NCBI GenBank assembly: GCA_051294375.1 | Contig: CM119263.1 | Span: forward strand, 20,736,115-20,800,114 | Reading direction: 5' to 3' | DNA from: Paraspadella gotoi | Lineage: Eukaryota > Animalia > Chaetognatha | Length of the DNA stretch: 64,000 nt | In this document: positions 62,274-64,000 of the stretch, piece after piece | Layout of the letters: each line of letters starts with the position of its first letter | Numbering within the stretch: position 1 is the stretch's first letter | The notes under the pieces: model-generated | What the model was told of the DNA's origin: nothing | Seen by the model: only the letters and a program-made list of their open reading frames with translations | Databases searched by the model: none | Position numbers and translations under genes: made by a program

Positions 62274-64000
62274 ATGCCAAAATACAAAAAGGTTTCAACT
62301 CGCAGTCAGGAAGACGACATTCTTGGTAGCTCGAAGCCCTTAAATCCATCTCAATTGCCAACTCTTCGCGATTTTTGTGTCACGCTAAATTAAAAAGGTA
62401 AATAATGTGTAGATTTTTGTTAAACAGCTGTTTGTTTTCGTTCATGGCTGATAATTCATAATTTATTTTCTTGTATTATGATCCTTTCATTTCGTTGTGT
62501 TTCGAGATTTAATGAAATAGTTCGAATGCGATTTCATCAACAATAATTTATTATTTTATTAGAAATTTATTTTCATTAAAGCTTGAAATAAAAAAGCATG
62601 TCTGTTTTTTCTTATGAAAATACAAAAATTCGTTTTTTGAAATCCAACTATTTCATGAAATTTTTTCTTATATAGTTCTTATATATTTCATCTGATTTAA
62701 ATTTCAGCTGGAAGGAAATAACCTCAACACCGCGTTTTTTCAATCGGTGGCCAAAGACATCTTGGATGTCTATCAGCGTGCCAACTCTTCTCTTCCGATT
62801 TCTGCTTTGGACTGCATTGCGGTGCGAGTGAAACGTGCGTGGAAAGGACTGACACAATGTCACCAATCCCACGGTTCACACTTTCATAACTTTTGCGATC
62901 GTCTCGACAAACTCTTTGACATTCTTAACTGTAAGTGTCCAATTACTTTGTGTTCTGATTCGGGATGCGATGGAAACTGTGAATGCAAGCGCATATAGTT
63001 TGCCATTGTTGAAAAAAGCAAATAAAATTCCATCAATCGACTTCGCTTCATCTTCGATCAGCGTAACAAAAGTTCACGAGTTGGAAAAATGTCTATTGGC
63101 TCGGTTGACCGAAAAACCACCAAAACGCTTGAAAAAAAAACTTCAAAGACAAATACAAGTATATTAATATTGTTACATGTCATAATGTTTGCAATCATTG
63201 AAGTATTTTGTTTAATAGGAACAAGAGCGTCTTCAACCCGTCGTAACTCCAAACATTTCAGCTTGCCTCTTAGAGTCTGAATCACGATGTGCTCCTTCCC
63301 GTTTTCTCATCGAAAATGAGGACCTTGGTGACGACTCTGAAAGTTTTGTTTTGGACCACAATAATTTGATTTGCGGAGGTAATTTTTTTCTTTTATTTAG
63401 TAAAATTAATTCATTATGAAATATGAAATAAATTTTTAAATTTACAAAATTGTATATGGTTCAAAAAACAGAAATTTCATTATATTTCATTTATAATAAT
63501 TAAAAATTTAAGCTGTAATTTAGCTTTTTGTCATTCCAATAGTATAAATACAAAACCAAACCATTTAATAATAAAGACGGATAATAACTTATTGTAATTT
63601 ATATAATGGCTTTTTTTACTTTAACAATTAAGAAATATTTTTGTAAATCGTTACAGAAAATCTTCGTCACCTCGACAATCTCGCTCGGGAAGCTGACCGA
63701 TGGCCGTCGGCGTCTGACCGTATGGTCGCCGCTATCGCAACGGCGGTTTTGGTCGATTACGGAATCGTGACAGAAGACAATCAGTCAGAGGCCATCGACC
63801 GTCACAAGGTACGGCGAGCTCGGGAGCGAATTCGAAAGGAACTCCAAAGCGAAGAGACATCAGGCGATGTCGAAGGCTTGTTCTTCGACGGCAAAGAAGT
63901 TGAAACTCTGAAGATGGTCAAAGACGATCAAGGAAGTGAAGAGGGTGAAGGTCAAAGAGGAGCATATTGTTGTCATAAACGATTCCCGAAGGGGAATATC
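62274..64000 (+). pseudogene. Intron-containing, frameshifted DNA transposase, hATm-like; continues beyond the window
   Basis: Segments read STRSQ..SQLPTLRDF, LDKLFDILNCKC, AIATAVLVDYGIV..AIDRHKVRRARERIRK, GLFFDGK and EEH, with GT-AG boundaries at ~62397, 62709, 63219, 63378 and 63656. The family assignment rests on recalled motifs only. Confidence 0.6.

Overview
AT-rich, intron-containing, repeat-dense eukaryotic DNA, most likely from an invertebrate animal. There are two host genes on the + strand: the 3' part of a thrombospondin/COMP-like gene (12 exons, 530-20547) and a complete-looking 6-exon gene for a family-B-like 7TM receptor with an N-terminal somatomedin-B domain (21113-27747). The rest is mostly nested mobile DNA: one decayed BEL/Pao element, three Ty3/Gypsy elements, hAT-like MITEs with 8-bp TSDs, a Transib-like element, two DINE-1/Helentron-like families and a decayed hATm-like transposase. 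Two small structured-RNA retroelement systems stand out. (1) A ~360-bp non-coding retroposon whose 5' end falls exactly on G1 of an HDV-like ribozyme fold; it is TSD-flanked, and a second copy carries compensatory base changes. (2) A TRIM family (two 2-LTR copies, two solo LTRs, 4-bp TSDs) whose LTRs carry a tRNA-like Pol III cassette, plus two further hairpin-rich LTR-like families. All calls were made by eye; no database search or folding program was run.
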